Below, piece by piece: positions 47,839 through 58,454 of a DNA stretch of 64,000 bases. Position 1 is the stretch's first letter; every line of letters starts with the position of its first letter. The position numbers and the translations under genes are program-made. The notes under the pieces were generated by a model, which made no database searches, was not told where the DNA came from, and saw only the letters and a program-made list of their open reading frames with translations. This DNA is from Acidobacteriota bacterium (GTDB taxonomy: Bacteria > Acidobacteriota > Terriglobia > UBA7540): contig JAKASG010000001.1 in NCBI GenBank assembly GCA_021828285.1, positions 27,326 through 91,325 of the forward strand. Direction: 5' to 3'.

Positions 47839-48258
47839 TCAAAGGAGTTTGATGCCGGGAAAGAAAAAACCGATTTCAAACGCCGCGGTTTCCCGCGCGT
47901 CTGAACCGTGGATGGCGTTGTGCTCGATATTTGAGGCAAAGAGTTTGCGGATGGTCCCGGGAGCGGCTTGAGCGGGGTTGGTGGCGCCCATCACTTCCCG
48001 CAGCCGAGCAATGGCGTTTTCACGCTCGAGCACGAGGACCAGCGCCGGGCCCGACGACATGAACGTCGTCAGGCTTTCGAAGAACGGCCGGCTGCGATGA
48101 ACGGCGTAAAATCCCTCCGCTTCTTTCTTGGTGAGGGAAACCAGGCGTGTCGCCGCGAACCAGAAGCCGTCCGATTCGAGAATCTTCAGAATGTCGCCCA
48201 CGTGGCCCGCGGCCACTGCGTCCGGCTTGATGATCGTCAACGTCCGTTCAATGGTCAT
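47839..48258 (-). CDS. ndk: nucleoside-diphosphate kinase
   Basis: MTIERTLTIIKPDAV...NAIHGSD. The internal ATG at 48258 is preferred. Confidence 0.92.
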   Translation of the reverse strand: MTIERTLTIIKPDAVAAGHVGDILKILESDGFWFAATRLVSLTKKEAEGFYAVHRSRPFFESLTTFMSSGPALVLVLERENAIARLREVMGATNPAQAAPGTIRKLFASNIEHNAIHGSDARETAAFEIGFFFPGIKLL

Positions 48259-48331
48259 AGAGAAGAACAGGCGCTCGGATGAAAAATGCGCAGTCAGCGC
48301 CAAGTCCGGGAGCTTCGCCCGAAACCCTCTT

Positions 48332-49231
48332 TCAGTGCGCTTCTTTCGCCCGCTGGCCCGTTGTTTTCAACCTTTCTTTGAGGGTTTCGCCGATGAGCGC
48401 CGGGCTGGGCGAAACCATAACGCCCGCAGCCTCGAACGCGGCAATCTTATCCGCGGCTGTTCCTTTTCCGCCGGAGATGATGGCTCCCGCGTGGCCCATG
48501 CGCCGGCCGGGCGGAGCGGTTCTTCCGGCGATGAAGCCGACGACGGGCTTTTTGACGCTCGCATGAATGAACGCAGCCGCTTCTTCTTCCGCCGATCCGC
48601 CGATTTCGCCGATCATCACGATGGCGTGCGTTTCCGGGTCATCATTCATCATTCGCAGCACATTAATGAATTGCGTGCCGATAATCGGATCGCCGCCGAT
48701 GCCGACGCACGTGGATTGGCCGATGCCGAGCGCGGTGAGCTGTCCCACCGCTTCGTAAGTGAGGGTACCGCTGCGTGAAATCACGCCCACGTGGCCTTCG
48801 CGATGGATTATGCCCGGCATGATGCCGATCTTGCATTTGCCCGGCGAAATGACGCCCGGACAATTCGGTCCGACGAGGTGCGTCCCGCGCGACGAGAGAA
48901 ATTGCTTCACTCGAACCATATCGAGCGTCGGAACGCCTTCCGTGATGCACACAACCAGCGGAATGCCGGCGTCCGCGGCTTCCATGATCGCATCGGCGGC
49001 GAAAGGCGGCGGCACGAAAATCACCGAAGCGTTCGCGCCGGTTTCCTCGGCCGCTTCGCGAACCGTATTGAAGACCGGCACGCCTTCCGCTTTCGATCCG
49101 CCCTTACCGGGCGTCACGCCCGCGACGACCTTCGTTCCGTACTCCATCGCCTGCCGCGTGTGGAACGAACCTTCCCGGCCCGTAATGCCCTGAACCAAAA
49201 GACGGGTATTTGTATCAACGAGAATCGCCAT
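48332..49231 (-). CDS. sucD: succinate-CoA ligase (ADP-forming) subunit alpha
   Basis: 299 aa with [20 protein letters not shown], and GHAGAII. Confidence 0.95.
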   Translation of the reverse strand: MAILVDTNTRLLVQGITGREGSFHTRQAMEYGTKVVAGVTPGKGGSKAEGVPVFNTVREAAEETGANASVIFVPPPFAADAIMEAADAGIPLVVCITEGVPTLDMVRVKQFLSSRGTHLVGPNCPGVISPGKCKIGIMPGIIHREGHVGVISRSGTLTYEAVGQLTALGIGQSTCVGIGGDPIIGTQFINVLRMMNDDPETHAIVMIGEIGGSAEEEAAAFIHASVKKPVVGFIAGRTAPPGRRMGHAGAIISGGKGTAADKIAAFEAAGVMVSPSPALIGETLKERLKTTGQRAKEAH

Positions 49232-49289
49232 AAGATGGGGTCACTCGGTCATTGCTTCCGTCGGCTGAATGAGTCCATGAACCAATGAT

Positions 49290-50456
49290 TCAATTCTTCG
49301 CTTTCGAGAGCGCGACCACTTTTTCCGCCGCGTCTCTCATATTCTTCGCGACGGTGAAATTCAGTCCCGAGTCTCTCAGGATTTTTTGTCCCAGTTCGAC
49401 GTTCGTGCCTTCAAGGCGCACGACGATAGGAATTTTGACGCCCAGCGTTTTCGTCGCACTCACCACGCCGTTCGCGACGATATCGCAGCGCATGATGCCG
49501 CCGAAGATATTGATGAGCACGGCGCGCACGTTCGGATCGCCCAGGATGATTTCAAAGCCGCGCCGCACCTGCTCCTCGCTCGCGCCGCCGCCCACGTCAA
49601 GAAAATTCGCCGGGCTGCCGCCCGCGTACTGAATGATGTCCATGGTCGCCATGGCGAGCCCCGCGCCGTTCACCATGCAGCCCACTTCGCCGTCGAGGCG
49701 AATGTAATTGAGCGACGAGCGGCTCGCCTTCAGTTCGAGCGGATCCTCTTCATCGGGGTCGCGCAGCTCGCGGATTTCCGGATGGCGAAAGAGGGCGTTA
49801 TCATCGAAATTCATCTTGGCGTCGAGCGCCAGCAGCTTCCCCGCCTGCGTAACGACCAGAGGATTGATTTCCGCGAGCGAAGCGTCCGTCGCCTCAAAAG
49901 CCCGGTAAAGGGCCGAGAAAAACCTGACGGCTTCCGACACCGTCTCACCTTCAAGCCCCAAACCAAACGCCAGCTTGCGCGCCTGAAAAGCCTGGAAACC
50001 GACGGCGGGATCCACAAATTCTTTCAGGATTTTTTCCGGATGCTCCGTCGCGACCACCTCAATCTCCACGCCCCCTTCGGTCGAAGCCATGAAAACCGGC
50101 CGGCCGGCCGTGCGGTCCACGACGAGTCCAAGATAAAGCTCGCGGGCGATCGGCAGCGCTTCTTCAACGAGCACGCGGTGCACCACGCGCCCTTCAGGAC
50201 CCGTCTGGTGCGTCACGAGCGTCATGCCGAGAATCTTACTCGCGACCTCCGCCGCTTCATCCGGCCCGTTCGCGAGCTTGACGCCGCCGCCCTTGCCGCG
50301 GCCCCCGGCGTGGATCTGCGCTTTCACCACCACCCTGCCGCCGAACTTCTGGGCCGTCGCGCGAGCTTCTTCGGGGACTGCGGCCACTTCGCCGCGCGGA
50401 ACCGCCACGCCGTATCGGGCAAGAATTTGTTTCGCCTGGTATTCGTGAACTTTCAT
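49290..50456 (-). CDS. sucC: succinate-CoA ligase (ADP-forming) subunit beta
   Basis: 388 aa with [12 protein letters not shown], the ATP-grasp fold, and GGIMRCD. Confidence 0.95.
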   Translation of the reverse strand: MKVHEYQAKQILARYGVAVPRGEVAAVPEEARATAQKFGGRVVVKAQIHAGGRGKGGGVKLANGPDEAAEVASKILGMTLVTHQTGPEGRVVHRVLVEEALPIARELYLGLVVDRTAGRPVFMASTEGGVEIEVVATEHPEKILKEFVDPAVGFQAFQARKLAFGLGLEGETVSEAVRFFSALYRAFEATDASLAEINPLVVTQAGKLLALDAKMNFDDNALFRHPEIRELRDPDEEDPLELKASRSSLNYIRLDGEVGCMVNGAGLAMATMDIIQYAGGSPANFLDVGGGASEEQVRRGFEIILGDPNVRAVLINIFGGIMRCDIVANGVVSATKTLGVKIPIVVRLEGTNVELGQKILRDSGLNFTVAKNMRDAAEKVVALSKAKN

Positions 50457-50587
50457 TCTGAAAAGCGGCTCATCGCTGCCTGTGGCTGGTCAGGCACGGG
50501 CGCTCAAGCTACAATCAGATTGCGAGCTTCGAGCGGAATTTTTGAGTATAGGGAATGCGCGGGCAATTTGCAACGCGTTCAGGAACA

Positions 50588-51658
50588 ATGAATCCCCAGT
50601 CCGTCAAACTGATTCACGAAACCACGGAGAGACTCCGCAAGGGCGAGGACCTCAGCCGCGAAGGCGCGCGCACCGTGATGCGGTGTCTGCTCTCCGGCTC
50701 CGTGCCGGATCAGGAAATCGCCGGCTTGCTCATCGCGTTGCGCGACAAGGGCGAAAAGGCGGAAGAACTCACCGGGTTTGCAGAAATCATGCGCGCGCAT
50801 GCGGCGGAAACACTTGAGCGGGCCGGCGTGCGCGGCGAGGCGATTGCGGGCGATGGCCCGCTGCTCGACACCTGCGGGACGGGCGGCGACGGCCACAAAA
50901 CCTTCAATGTTTCAACCGCTGCGGCGCTGGTCGTCGCGGCGGCGGGCGTTCGCGTCGCAAAGCACGGCAACCGCTCGATCTCAAGCCAAAGCGGGAGCGC
51001 CGACGTGCTCGAAGCCCTGGGCGTCGCGCTCGAGCTTCCGCTCGAGCGCATTCCCGAGTGCCTCGAAACCGTCGGAATGGTTTTCCTGTTCGCCCCTCAT
51101 CTCCATCTCGCCATGAAGCACGTAATGCCCGCGCGCCGGAGCATCAAAACCAAAACGGTTTTCAACCTTCTCGGCCCGCTCACAAATCCCCTGGCCGCTT
51201 CCGTCCAGCTCACCGGCGTTTACGACCGCGGCCGCGCCCGGATGATGGCGGAAGCGCTCTGCGCGCTCGGGACGCGCAGAGCTTTCGTCGTCACGGGTTC
51301 GGAGGGCCTTGATGAAGTGACGCTCGCTGGCCCGACCTTCATCGCCGAAACGCACGGGAAGACCCTCAGCACGCGGGAAATTGCTCCGGAAGGCTTCGGC
51401 CTCAGGCGTTCTCCCCTCGCGGCGCTCGTGGGCGGGAGCCCGGCGGAAAACGCGCGGGCGCTCGCTCGCGCGCTTTCGGGCGATCGCGGCCCCATTCGCG
51501 ACTTCATTCTTGCGAACGCTTCCGCCGCGCTCGTCGTCGCGGGCCGCGCCCGCGATTTTTCCGAAGGCGCGGATGGCGCGGCTGAGGCGATTGATTCCGG
51601 CCGGGCGCGCCGCACCCTCAGCGCCCTGGTCGAATTCACCCAGAGGCGCCGGAAGTAG
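50588..51658 (+). CDS. trpD: anthranilate phosphoribosyltransferase
   Basis: DTCGTGGDGHKTFNVSTAAA and KHGNRSISSQSGSADVLE. Confidence 0.9.
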   Translation: MNPQSVKLIHETTERLRKGEDLSREGARTVMRCLLSGSVPDQEIAGLLIALRDKGEKAEELTGFAEIMRAHAAETLERAGVRGEAIAGDGPLLDTCGTGGDGHKTFNVSTAAALVVAAAGVRVAKHGNRSISSQSGSADVLEALGVALELPLERIPECLETVGMVFLFAPHLHLAMKHVMPARRSIKTKTVFNLLGPLTNPLAASVQLTGVYDRGRARMMAEALCALGTRRAFVVTGSEGLDEVTLAGPTFIAETHGKTLSTREIAPEGFGLRRSPLAALVGGSPAENARALARALSGDRGPIRDFILANASAALVVAGRARDFSEGADGAAEAIDSGRARRTLSALVEFTQRRRK

Positions 51659-51687
51659 GAGAGCGCTTCGCGCCACAATCTCGCCGC

Positions 51688-51766
51688 GTCATGCTGAGGG
51701 GAGCGAAGCATCTGCTTCTCATTCTTACCGGATGTAAACCGCATCCTTCACTTCGGTCAGGGTGAG
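51688..51766. repeat. REP/MITE-like inverted-repeat element, copy 2
   Basis: GTCATGCTGAGGGGAGCGAAGCATCTGC (51688-51715) with a degenerate opposing arm GCATCCTTCACTTCGGTCAGGGTGAG (51741-51766). It lies between trpD and trpG. Confidence 0.65.
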
Positions 51767-51794
51767 ACGATTCGGAGAGTTTCCGGGCAAGGGG

Positions 51795-52379
51795 TCAAAG
51801 CTTGAGGAAGTTGGCCAGCAGGCGCTTGCCCGAGTCTGTCAGGACCGATTCCGGATGGAATTGCACGCCTTCGATTTTCCAATTCTCATTCTTGTGCCGA
51901 AGTCCCATGACCAGGCCGTCGGGAGAAGTGGCCGAGACTTCAAGGCATGCGGGAAGCGTTTCGCGCCGAACAATTAAAGAATGGTAACGCGTGGCGGGAA
52001 AGGGATTGGGCAGGCCCGCGAAGATGGTCCTGTTATCATGCGCGATAGAGCTGGTTTTTCCGTGCATCACTTCAGGCGCCCGCACCACCTCCCCGCCAAA
52101 CGCCTGGCCGATCGCCTGGTGCCCCAGGCAAACACCCAAAATCGGCGTCTTGCCCGCGAATTCCTGGATCAGCTCGAGACAAATTCCCGCTTCACTCGGA
52201 GTCTTCGGCCCGGGCGAGATGACGATTTGCTCCGGAGCCATACGGCCGACTTCGCCGACCGTCGTCTGATCGTTCCGGCGCACTTCAACCTGCGCGCCCA
52301 ATTCGCCGAGATATTGGACCAGGTTGTACGTGAAGGAATCGTAGTTGTCTATCACCAGCAGCATAAAATCAGGGACCAT
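51795..52379 (-). CDS. trpG: anthranilate synthase component II (glutamine amidotransferase)
   Basis: 194 aa with [20 protein letters not shown], and GVQFHPES. Confidence 0.9.
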   Translation of the reverse strand: MVPDFMLLVIDNYDSFTYNLVQYLGELGAQVEVRRNDQTTVGEVGRMAPEQIVISPGPKTPSEAGICLELIQEFAGKTPILGVCLGHQAIGQAFGGEVVRAPEVMHGKTSSIAHDNRTIFAGLPNPFPATRYHSLIVRRETLPACLEVSATSPDGLVMGLRHKNENWKIEGVQFHPESVLTDSGKRLLANFLKL

Positions 52380-52438
52380 TATTATACGCGCGCCCCCCTC
52401 GAAAATTGCCCCGGGAGGAACGCGCAGACGATGCGTCG

Positions 52439-53941
52439 TTACAAGCCTCGCTCCGCGATTTCAAAGGCTTTCAGCACGGCTTTCGCTTTGTTCAAGGATT
52501 CTTCGTATTCGAGAGCCGGCACGGAATCGGCGACGATTCCGGCGCCCGCCTGGAGGTAGGCTTTGCGGCCCTTGATGACGACAGTGCGGATGACGATGCA
52601 GGAATTGAGATTGCCGGAAAAATCGGCGTAAAGAATCGAGCCGCCGTAAAGGCCGCGGCGCGTGGGCTCAAGCTCGTCAATGATTTCCATGGCGCGAATT
52701 TTGGGCGCGCCGGTCAGCGTGCCGGCGGGGAAGCAGGCGGCGAGCGCGGCGTAGCTGTCCTGATCCGCGCGCAGCCGCCCGCGGATTTGCGAGACCAGGT
52801 GCATCACGTGCGAATACCGCTCGACGAACATGATGCGCTCCGGTGAGACCGAGGAAATTTCCGCCACGCGCCCGACGTCGTTCCGTCCCAGGTCTACGAG
52901 CATGATGTGCTCGGCGCGCTCTTTCTCATCCGTCAGCAATTCCTGCTCAATGCGCCGGTCTTCTTCCGGGTTCCGGCCGCGCGGCCGCGTGCCGGCGATC
53001 GGGCGGTACTCGATTTCGCGCCCCGCGACTTTCACCAGCATCTCGGGCGATGAGCCGAGCACGACGGTCTCGCCGGCGCGAAGAAAATACATGTAAGGCG
53101 ACGGATTCACGGCCCGCAGCGCACGGTAAACCTTGAACGGCGGCACGCGCATCGGCGCCTCCAACCGCTGCGACACGACGATCTGGAAAGCGTCGCCCGC
53201 CCGGATGTATTCTTTCGAGCGCTCGACCATCGCTTCGAAAGCGGCGCGCTTCATGTTGGCCCGCACCGGCAACCGCCCTCGCGGCCGCGCGAATCGCGCT
53301 ATCCGCAGCGGCCCGGCCAAGGCGCGCTCCATGCTCGTGAGCCGGCCATTCGCGCGCTCGTATTTCGAGCGCAAGCTCCCATCGCCGTCCTCCGTCCGCA
53401 CGTTCGCGATGAGAAGCAGCCGGTGCTGCACGTGGTCGAACGCCACGAGGTTGTCGAAATACATGAAAACCGCATCGTCCAAATCCACGTCCGGCGGGAC
53501 GCGCGCCGGCAGCCGCTCGAGCCGCCGCACGGCTTCATACGCGAGATACCCGACCGCGCCGGCCGTGAAGGGCGGCAAGCCCGCGACCGCGACCGAGCGG
53601 TAAGGTGCGCTCGCTTCGCGCAGGAAGTCGAAAATATTTCCCGATTCTTCGCTTCGACGTGCGCCGCGCGTGACGGTAATCCGTTCGCCGCGCGCCGAAA
53701 CCACCATGAAGGGGTCTACGCCAAAGAACGTGTAGCGACCGACGTGCTCGCCGCCTTCCACGCTTTCCAGCAGGAAAGTATAAGGATGCGCATTGAGTCC
53801 GCTCGCCGTCTGCGGCGCGAGCTTCAGGAACGCGGAAACGGGACTCAGCAGGTCGGCGGCGATGGCCCGGTAGACCGGCACCACGGTCCCCTCGCGCGCG
53901 AGGCGGCGGAACTCGACAAAACTTTGCTGCGTTTGAGACAT
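52439..53941 (-). CDS. trpE: anthranilate synthase component I
   Basis: [16 protein letters not shown], and [11 protein letters not shown] motifs. The start is taken at MSQTQQSF (53941). Confidence 0.9.
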   Translation of the reverse strand: MSQTQQSFVEFRRLAREGTVVPVYRAIAADLLSPVSAFLKLAPQTASGLNAHPYTFLLESVEGGEHVGRYTFFGVDPFMVVSARGERITVTRGARRSEESGNIFDFLREASAPYRSVAVAGLPPFTAGAVGYLAYEAVRRLERLPARVPPDVDLDDAVFMYFDNLVAFDHVQHRLLLIANVRTEDGDGSLRSKYERANGRLTSMERALAGPLRIARFARPRGRLPVRANMKRAAFEAMVERSKEYIRAGDAFQIVVSQRLEAPMRVPPFKVYRALRAVNPSPYMYFLRAGETVVLGSSPEMLVKVAGREIEYRPIAGTRPRGRNPEEDRRIEQELLTDEKERAEHIMLVDLGRNDVGRVAEISSVSPERIMFVERYSHVMHLVSQIRGRLRADQDSYAALAACFPAGTLTGAPKIRAMEIIDELEPTRRGLYGGSILYADFSGNLNSCIVIRTVVIKGRKAYLQAGAGIVADSVPALEYEESLNKAKAVLKAFEIAERGL

Positions 53942-54013
53942 GCAAGTTCCTTCGGGCGCGGCCGGCGTGTTCATCTCACGCGGCCCGCATCGCCCGAGTC
54001 CGCGCTTCAATTG

Positions 54014-55012
54014 CTAATGCGTCTGGTGTTCGGTGTGCCCGCCGCCGGGATTGCGCTCGGCCGCCCGCTCTTCCTGTATCACTTCGCGGACAACCGCTCT
54101 CAATTCCTCGCGGTCGTATTCCATTTTAATGGCGACCGGCTTGCTGGCCTCGCCAAAATAGAGACTGGTATGCGGGAAAGGAATTTCGATGCCTTCCTCG
54201 TCGAATCTTTTCTTGATGCGCCGGTTCATTTCCCGCCCCACCGTCCATTGCTGGATGGGCGGCGTTTTGATCCGCGCTTTGACGATCACCGCCGAATCTC
54301 CGAATTTGTCCACGCCCAGCACCTCGATCGGTTCCAGCATCAGCGGCCTGTATTTCTCCTCTTTCATCATGCCGTCGGCGATCTCTTTGAGCACCTGCGT
54401 CACGCGATCCGTGTCCTCCTTGTAGGCCACGCCCACGTCGAATACGTAGTAGGAATAGCCGTGCGTCATGTTGGAGAGTGAATTGATCGCGCCGTTCTGG
54501 AAGACGTGGATTGTTCCGTCCTGGCCGCGCAGCACGATGGTCCGCAAGTTGATTTGCTCCACCAGTCCGCCGGTCCCGTTGATGATAGCCACGTCGTTCA
54601 CGCGCACCTGGTCTTCGAGCAGGATGAACAGCCCGGCCATATAATCGCGCACCACGTTTTGCGCGCCAAAACCAACGGCCAGGCCCACCACGCCCGCGCC
54701 CGCGAGAATCGGCCCGACGTCGAAGCCGGCTTCCCTGAGCGCCATAATGAAGGCGATCACCCAAATGATCGCGGCCGCCGACTTGCGGAAAATTGCCCCG
54801 AGCGTCGCGGCGCGTTTTTCCGTCTCGACGTCGCTGCGCCCGCCCCGCTGGATGGTTGCCAAAAAGCTCGACCGCAACTTCGGTTCCGAGCGATGGACGA
54901 TGCGAGTGACGACATACGCGACCGCCAGAATGGCGACCATCCGCGCCACGTGATACAGGAATGGATAGAAATCTGAAAAAACCGGCAACCGGGGAATCGC
55001 AATGGCGGCCAT
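54014..55012 (-). CDS. MscS-family mechanosensitive ion channel
   Basis: 332 aa with TM helices followed by GAGVVGLAVGFGAQNVVRDYMAGLFILLEDQVRVND. Confidence 0.85.
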   Translation of the reverse strand: MAAIAIPRLPVFSDFYPFLYHVARMVAILAVAYVVTRIVHRSEPKLRSSFLATIQRGGRSDVETEKRAATLGAIFRKSAAAIIWVIAFIMALREAGFDVGPILAGAGVVGLAVGFGAQNVVRDYMAGLFILLEDQVRVNDVAIINGTGGLVEQINLRTIVLRGQDGTIHVFQNGAINSLSNMTHGYSYYVFDVGVAYKEDTDRVTQVLKEIADGMMKEEKYRPLMLEPIEVLGVDKFGDSAVIVKARIKTPPIQQWTVGREMNRRIKKRFDEEGIEIPFPHTSLYFGEASKPVAIKMEYDREELRAVVREVIQEERAAERNPGGGHTEHQTH

Positions 55013-55154
55013 GGCCTAATGCTAACGTAATCGTTAATGGCTGTCACGAGCCGTATTTCGGCCTGTGACCGACGCAACATTTACTCGCGGCGCGAGCCGC
55101 CGAATTCACGGAAGCGAAGGAAGCCTTTGGAGGAAGAACGTCCCGGGTTTTACT

Positions 55155-55257
55155 GTCATTCTGAGGAGTCCCGATTCATTACGTCGGGACGGCGAAGCAT
55201 CCGCTTTTGCTTGAATCCGCCGCGCAGAAACAAATTCTTCGATTCGCTCAGAATGAC
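55155..55257. repeat. REP/MITE-like inverted-repeat element, copy 3 (carries an extra nested hairpin)
   Basis: GTCATTCTGAGGAGTCCCGATTCATTACGTCGGGACGGCGAAGCATCCGC (55155-55204, with a nested GTCCCGA/TCGGGAC stem) faces AATTCTTCGATTCGCTCAGAATGAC (55233-55257). Confidence 0.75.
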
Positions 55258-55273
55258 ATCCTTCGAGCCGCCC

Positions 55274-57400
55274 TCAGCGGCTGACGATCGCGAGCGCGCC
55301 GATCTGCCACAGCATGAATTGCATCTCGCGCGCCGTCTCCGCGATTTGCCTCGGCAACGGCAATCCACCCGAGTGTCCCGAACTTGTATCGTAATGAATC
55401 ACGATGGGCCGGCTGGAGCCGTTTGCCCATTGCATCATCGCGCACATTTTGCGCGCGTGCAAGGGCGCGACGCGAGTGTCGGAATCGCCGGTCACGAACA
55501 TCACCGCGGGATATTTCACGCCCTTCGCGACGTGCTGATAGGGCGAATATTTGTAAATGTACTTGAACTGCTGAGGATTCGTTGCGGAGCCGTATTCCGA
55601 AACCCAGTACTTCGCGACGAAGAATTTCTGATAGCGGAGCATATCGAGCAGGGGATACTGGCAGACGATCGCGCGGAAAAGGTGCGGCTGCTGCGTCATC
55701 GCCGCGCCCATCAAAAGTCCGCCGTTGCTCGCGCCCATCGCGGCGATCTTCGAGGGGTTCGTGTATCCGTTCTTCACCAGCCATTCCGCCGCCGCGTAGA
55801 AATCGTTGAACACGTTTTGTTTGTTCTGGAACATCCCCGCCTTGTGCCACGCTTCGCCGAATTCACCTCCGCCGCGTAAATTGGGCAACGCAAAAAGGCC
55901 GCCCTCTTCCGCCCACACCACCGCCTCCGGCCAGTAGAACGGCGTCATGCTGATGTCGAAGCCGCCGTAAGCGGTCATCAGCGTCGGAATTTTGCCGTCG
56001 GGTTTGAGCCCTTTCTTGAACATCAGGAACATCGGCACGCGCGTTCCATCTTTCGAGTGATACCAGATTTGCCGGAGCTCGAAATCGCTGCTCTTGATGG
56101 GGACGTTCATCCGCGCCCAGGCGTTGCGCTCCTCCGTTTTCACGTCATAGTGGTAAATCGTCGTCGGAACGGCGAATGAAGTGAACTCGAAAAACGCATT
56201 GTCGCTTTTCCATCGCCCGCTCACTCCGCTCACCGTGCCAAGCGTCGGGAAGGCGATGTGGCCTTCCGCGCGGCCCTCGGCGCTGAAGATCTTCAGGCTG
56301 GAAGTCGCGTCTTCGGTGTAATTCACCATCAGCTTTCCGCCCGCGGGATAAATTCCCTGGATCACCGCGCTACCCTGCGGAATGATTTCTTTCCAATGTG
56401 CGCGACCGGGTTCCCTGAGCGACGTGGCGAAAACCCGTCCGCGCGGCGCGCCCCAATCCGTCCAAATAAAAAGCGTTTTGCCGCCAAACCGGGCGATGAA
56501 CCGCGAGTGAAGATCCTTTACGACCGGCACAATCGGTCCGCCCGCCGCGACGTTCTTGAGATAGAGATCCGTCCGGTCGCCCGCTGCGCCGTGATAGACA
56601 GTGATCAGCAGATAGCGACCGCCGGGAGATAGCCGGGTGCTGATAATCTTGTCCTGCCCGTAACCCTGGCCGAATATCATGCGGTCGGCGGCCGGATTGC
56701 CGCCCATCGCGTGGTAATAGACGCGCGGCCCGGCGGCGTCCTGCCGCGCGTAGTAAAAGCCCTTCATGTCGGGCGTGAAGTTCGCGCCAAAATACCGCGT
56801 CGAGGGCAGCACGTCCGCCAGGTCTCGGCCGGAATCGACTTTGCGGAACTTGACTTCCACCTGGTCCGCCCCGCCGCGCCGGATGCCGTAGGCAATCAGC
56901 GAGCCATCGTTCGAAATCGCGAGCAATTGAACCGTCGTCGTATGGTTGGCGCTCATTGGCGCGGGATTCACGAGGACGCGTCCTTTTCCTTCAAGTCCGT
57001 CGCGCACGCAAATGGAGAAAAGGTCCTGCCCTTGCAGCCGGCGCATATAAAAGTACCGGCCGTTTCGCTCCGCCGGCATTCTCGTTACGTCCACGTTTTC
57101 GAGCGCTGTGAGCCGCTTGATGAGCGCCGCTCTTCCTGGAAGTTTGCTGAGGATGCTGTGCGTGTAATCGTCTTCAGTTTTGATCCACGCGCGGGTTTCC
57201 GGGCTGGTTTGATTTTCGAGCCATCGGTAGGGATCGGGAATGCGAATTCCCCACATCACGTCCACAACGCTGTCGCGCCGTGTCACCGGCGGCTTGGGAA
57301 CGCCGCGGCTTTGCGCCTGCCCTGCGAGCGGCATCGCCCCCATCATCGCCATCGCCGCCGCAACCAGCGCGACCGCTCGGAACCGAATCCTCGTTTTCAT
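55274..57400 (-). CDS. secreted prolyl oligopeptidase (S9 family)
   Basis: The signal peptide MKTRIRFRAVALVAAAMAMMGAMPLAGQAQS starts at ATG 57400, which has AAGGAGG upstream. It has a beta-propeller region and the catalytic GASNGGLLMG Ser motif. Confidence 0.85.
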   Translation of the reverse strand: MKTRIRFRAVALVAAAMAMMGAMPLAGQAQSRGVPKPPVTRRDSVVDVMWGIRIPDPYRWLENQTSPETRAWIKTEDDYTHSILSKLPGRAALIKRLTALENVDVTRMPAERNGRYFYMRRLQGQDLFSICVRDGLEGKGRVLVNPAPMSANHTTTVQLLAISNDGSLIAYGIRRGGADQVEVKFRKVDSGRDLADVLPSTRYFGANFTPDMKGFYYARQDAAGPRVYYHAMGGNPAADRMIFGQGYGQDKIISTRLSPGGRYLLITVYHGAAGDRTDLYLKNVAAGGPIVPVVKDLHSRFIARFGGKTLFIWTDWGAPRGRVFATSLREPGRAHWKEIIPQGSAVIQGIYPAGGKLMVNYTEDATSSLKIFSAEGRAEGHIAFPTLGTVSGVSGRWKSDNAFFEFTSFAVPTTIYHYDVKTEERNAWARMNVPIKSSDFELRQIWYHSKDGTRVPMFLMFKKGLKPDGKIPTLMTAYGGFDISMTPFYWPEAVVWAEEGGLFALPNLRGGGEFGEAWHKAGMFQNKQNVFNDFYAAAEWLVKNGYTNPSKIAAMGASNGGLLMGAAMTQQPHLFRAIVCQYPLLDMLRYQKFFVAKYWVSEYGSATNPQQFKYIYKYSPYQHVAKGVKYPAVMFVTGDSDTRVAPLHARKMCAMMQWANGSSRPIVIHYDTSSGHSGGLPLPRQIAETAREMQFMLWQIGALAIVSR

Positions 57401-57525
57401 TGTGAAGCCCCCTCCTTTTGCCGTCCGGCCATTGTAGCTCAGGGGCTGTTTTCGAGGCTGAAAGAATCTTCGCATTTTCACTTGCCCTTCCCGCTGCTGG
57501 AGTTTTGGCGTGGAAAGTATGCCGC

Positions 57526-57588
57526 GCCATTCTGAGCGGAGCGAAGAATCCGCTTCTCCTACGCAAAGGATGGATGGTGCGGCATGAC
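57526..57588. repeat. REP/MITE-like inverted-repeat element, copy 4
   Basis: GCCATTCTGAGCGGAGCGAAGAATCCGC (57526-57553) with a degenerate opposing arm ending ...GGTGCGGCATGAC (to 57588). Confidence 0.6.
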
Positions 57589-57655
57589 TTCCTCGCCTTG
57601 AGAACGCCTATCCATGAGGCTCGACTGCAGTTGAGATCATTGCGGTCCCATCAGC

Positions 57656-58228
57656 TCATTTGGGGCGGGGTTTGAGGGAGCGGAGGCTATGACGGATCAG
57701 GTTTGGAACGGCGTGGAAGAAATGTCCGGGCCGGGGAACGACGAGCTTTCGTTTTGGCGCCGCGGCCGCTTGAGAATCACCGAGCAGCCGCAGGACGTCC
57801 GAAGCGGTGACGCGCGCGGCGATGCCGTCAATCGAGGCGTGGGTCACGGTTCGGTCCCGGGCGAGAATGAACATCGCAGGCTTGGCAATACCGCCCTTTT
57901 CACGCGCGTTGTAAACGCCCCACCGCTGCACTACTCTTCGCTCGGTATCGCACAGGATCGGGAACGGCAGACGAAGCTGCTCGCGGATAACCCGCGAATC
58001 TTTTGCTCCGTCCACGGAAATGGCGGCAAGATGAGCGTCCGCGGCGCGGATTGCCGGTTGCAGGTCGCGAAATCCCGCCAACTGGCGGAGACAGAAAGCT
58101 CACCAATATCCTCGATAGAACAGCAGAACGAGTCGCCCTGAATCGCAAAGCTCGGAGAGTCGCCGTGGCGTGCCGTCGGAGTCATGAAGCTCGAAATCCG
58201 GCGCAATTTCGCCGGCCTGTGGAGGCAT
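57656..58228 (-). CDS. peroxiredoxin-like (AhpC/TSA-redoxin family) protein with an in-frame TGA at the first CxxC position: candidate selenoprotein (or, alternatively, a nonsense pseudogene)
   Basis: Manual translation from ATG 58228 gives MPPQAGEIAPDFELHDSDGTPRRLSELCDSGRLVLLFYRGYW-[TGA 58102..58100]-AFCLRQLAGFRDLQPAIRAADAHLAAISVDG...LPFPILCDTERRVVQRWGV.... The track shows only the 3-prime 141 codons (57656..58081), which are in the same frame. An alternative GTG start at 58255 has AGGA upstream. Confidence 0.6.
58043..58089 (-). promoter_or_regulatory. candidate bacterial SECIS hairpin(s) immediately 3-prime of the in-frame UGA
   Basis: In the mRNA, UGA-N11-CCGCC-AGUU-GGCGG (58088..58075) forms a 5 bp stem plus a U.G closing pair, with G at loop position 2. 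An alternative 9-bp stem GGCGGGAUU/AAUCCGC(G)CC (58079..58043) has one bulge. Confidence 0.4.
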
Positions 58229-58454
58229 CTTGCGAGCTGTGAGAGAAGAACTCACCGTTTGTCCTTTTTGTAAAATTCCCTAGAGGCCATTTTATCTCCC
58301 TTCAATAGGTCCGGCCAGCATATCCCCGCGGGCAGTAGAGGCGGCTTCACGCCGCCACGGCCCAATTGGGAAAGGCTCATCGCGCCACGATCCTTGCAAA
58401 GCAAACTTGCCGCCGCAAGAATGCCGGCAGCGCGCGCGTGGGGCGGTTCGCAGG

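Noticed and set aside
57656-58228. Alternative reading of the Prx-like gene as a simple nonsense pseudogene.
   Set aside because: Not fully rejected. It is disfavoured because the single stop sits exactly on the catalytic Cys codon, both flanks remain open in one frame with conserved family motifs, and a hairpin lies at SECIS distance. It remains the fallback if the genome lacks sel genes.
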